From Rhizophagus irregularis (Eukaryota), in NCBI RefSeq assembly GCF_026210795.1, contig NC_089432.1:868001-932000 (forward strand): a DNA stretch of 64,000 nt. Direction: 5' to 3'. The notes beneath the pieces are model-generated. The model had not been told where the DNA came from and did no database searches. It saw nothing but the letters and a program-made list of their open reading frames with translations. A program made the translations under genes and the position numbers. The number at the start of each line of letters is the position of its first letter. The first letter of the stretch is position 1. Positions 61,572 through 64,000 of the stretch are shown one piece after another.

Positions 61572-62780
61572 TTATACTATTTTATAATCCATACTTTCAC
61601 CTTCTGTTATTATTTCTTCTTCACAATCTTTACTTTTATCTACTATTTCCCCTTCATATTCTATACATTCTTCATTATCACAAATTTCTAATTCAGTTAA
61701 ATTTTCTGCTAAATCTCCTTTTAAAAGATTATCTTCCTCAATCTCATTAATTAAATCATAAATTGGAACATCTACTACTTGTACAGTATTATTCACTTTG
61801 TAATTTTCAATTTTGTTTAAAGCTATCTGACAATTTTCTAAATTTTTACTTACATTTTTATAATATTTCATCAAAATACAAATCATTCCATACTACAAAC
61901 AAATTTTTTATTTAGATTATTAATAGCTTGTTCAAAATAATTACAAGATAAAAATGAATAATACTTACATTTTTTGTAGTTTTTTCATTAAATTGTTGTA
62001 ATTGTTGTAATTTATTTTCAATTTTAATTTTATAATTCATCCAGAAATCATATAATCTTTTTAATTCTTGCACAATTAATGATATTTCTTCTTTAGACCG
62101 TTGTAAATTATTAAAATTTTTAATTGAATTGAATATAACTATTCGAGGTATATTATCCATTTTATCATTAATTGATATATCTAATATTTGCCAAAAATCT
62201 GACGTATGATTAACTATTTCATTAAATATTGCTTTTGGATAATCTTTACAAAATGAATTTTCTTGTGCAAGTAATCTGAAATATTCATAATATGAAATGT
62301 TTATTTCAATTTGTTTTGAAATATCTTTAATACTTGATTTAATTTTTAATGTTAACTTATGACCTAATAAAAATAAATATGGTTAAATAATATTTTAATA
62401 AATAAGTTAAGATTACAAATATATATAATTACCTATATGGTCTTGATTATATAATTGTGAATTTTTAAATATATATTCATTACGAAATTTTCTAAGCTTA
62501 TCAGAAATTAAATCCAAATTACGTTCACAATAATCATGAAAATATTTGGAATATATAGGATTAAATGGATTCCATCTTTTTGATTCAGGTATATCTAAAT
62601 CTGATTCACATTTTTCAACTTTTTTTATATATAATGAGCGAGATCTTTTTAATGATTCCAACTGTCTTTCAGAGTTCACTGGTCGAAGTGGGATGATTTG
62701 CATGAAGTTTATTGCCCATAAATAGCTTATAAATTTGTTGATCTCAATTACGCTTAAGAAATCTCCATCAAATTTAATTT
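61572..62780 (-). pseudogene. C-terminal remnant of a KDZ (Kyakuja-Dileera-Zisupton)-like transposase
   Basis: Three ORFs can be joined by GT-AG introns (62432-62364, ~61969-61894). Motifs E..L.I....RW.P..P.Y, GHKL..KI and R.KEEI.LI..E.KR recall Kyakuja-type C-termini. The catalytic core is not seen. Confidence 0.5.
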
Positions 62781-64000
62781 ATAGATTGAAACGGGTAAAA
62801 TTTATTGTAAATTTTATGATTTTAAAACTAATTCGCTAATTATAATGTATAAATTCTAAATAAATTTTAATTAAATTTAATATTAATGTTTATTACGCAT
62901 ATAATAGCTTGAAATTTACTTGAAATATGATATTAAATTCGCAACAAGCCATTTACTACTATTATTGAAATTTTGCTATACTAAAACAAAATTTATATTA
63001 TTACAAAATTACAAAAAAAAGCAAAGAGATAATCATGAAACTTCGTAGCCACGCTCAATTAAGGCAATGTATTACTAGACCTATGCTAAAGATGACTTTA
63101 GCAAGGCTTTCTTTGAGAAATTAAAAGAAATTTCATACATTTTGCCAGCTGGTGAGAAAGCTTATGACCTCTAATAATCTCAAGTCAATTTATATTAATT
63201 AATGTTATATTATTATATGCTATTTGTGTCATTTTGTGATGGTTAAGTTGAACATATTCCAAGCATCAAAAACCATAATTGCAGTTTATTATTTTGAAGA
63301 GTATAAAAGAAAATGTAAAGAAAATTAAAAAAATAGTTTATTCGTGATTAAAAATAGTTAAAATAGTTAAAATAGTTTAATGTGTTATATCAATCCTCAA
63401 AATGGAATCGGGTCCTATTTTACTATCTTACATAAAATTAATGTCATGTTTATCACATGATATAATAACTGATAGGCGCAGTTCAATGACGGATAATCTT
63501 TCTTTAAAAAAAAAGTTTGTTCTTTCCCATAATTCCTTTCCCTCTTTCTCATTCATTAATTTTTTTTTACAACAACGACATCAATGAGCTATTGGTATGA
63601 ACAACTGACAAAAATTAAAGGAAATGAACAAATATCTCCAATGGCTCAAAGTTGAAGTTCAACTGAGAACGAACTGAACATTTTCGCAAATAGTGCTCTC
63701 TTAGGTGATTTCTTTTTATTTTTATCAATTTTTTGAATTTTTTTTTTGTTTTATCGTTATTTACTATAATTTTCTTTTTTTTTCTTATTATTTTTCATAA
63801 AATTTTTTCCAAGCCTATGATAGCTGGACTTGAAGAAAACAAAAGTAAAAATTATACTTTACAATAAAACAAGAATTGGAAATTAAAATAAATGGCAAGT
63901 TAGTCTTGTTTTAATAGTTCATTATTAGTATTAGAAATGTATTAAAATTTTCTTTTTAATTTTTTAAAGGTAACAGAGAATCTTCAGACGATTGGTGATT

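Overview
This is very AT-rich eukaryotic DNA with short GT-AG introns. The gene families look like those of a Glomeromycotina (Rhizophagus-like arbuscular mycorrhizal) fungus; that assignment is an inference. The left half holds a cluster of intronless, kinase-less Sel1-repeat genes (5 intact, 2 broken by transposon insertions) and one spliced small secreted Cys protein that the ORF track truncates. The right half is mostly nested mobile DNA: a spliced Sola-like transposase gene split by a 4.6-kb TIR element, a MACPF-like gene broken by a hAT MITE, a 5'-truncated RNase H LINE, a KDZ-like transposase remnant, and many MITEs with readable TSDs. There are three main tandem arrays (about 174, 60 and 55 bp units). 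The most unusual observation is that the 60-bp and 55-bp arrays have unrelated sequences, yet both are built from double-hairpin units and both follow a homologous leader (41/45 nt identical core). No CRISPR, rRNA or tRNA is supported. Family assignments come from motif recognition by eye, not from database searches.
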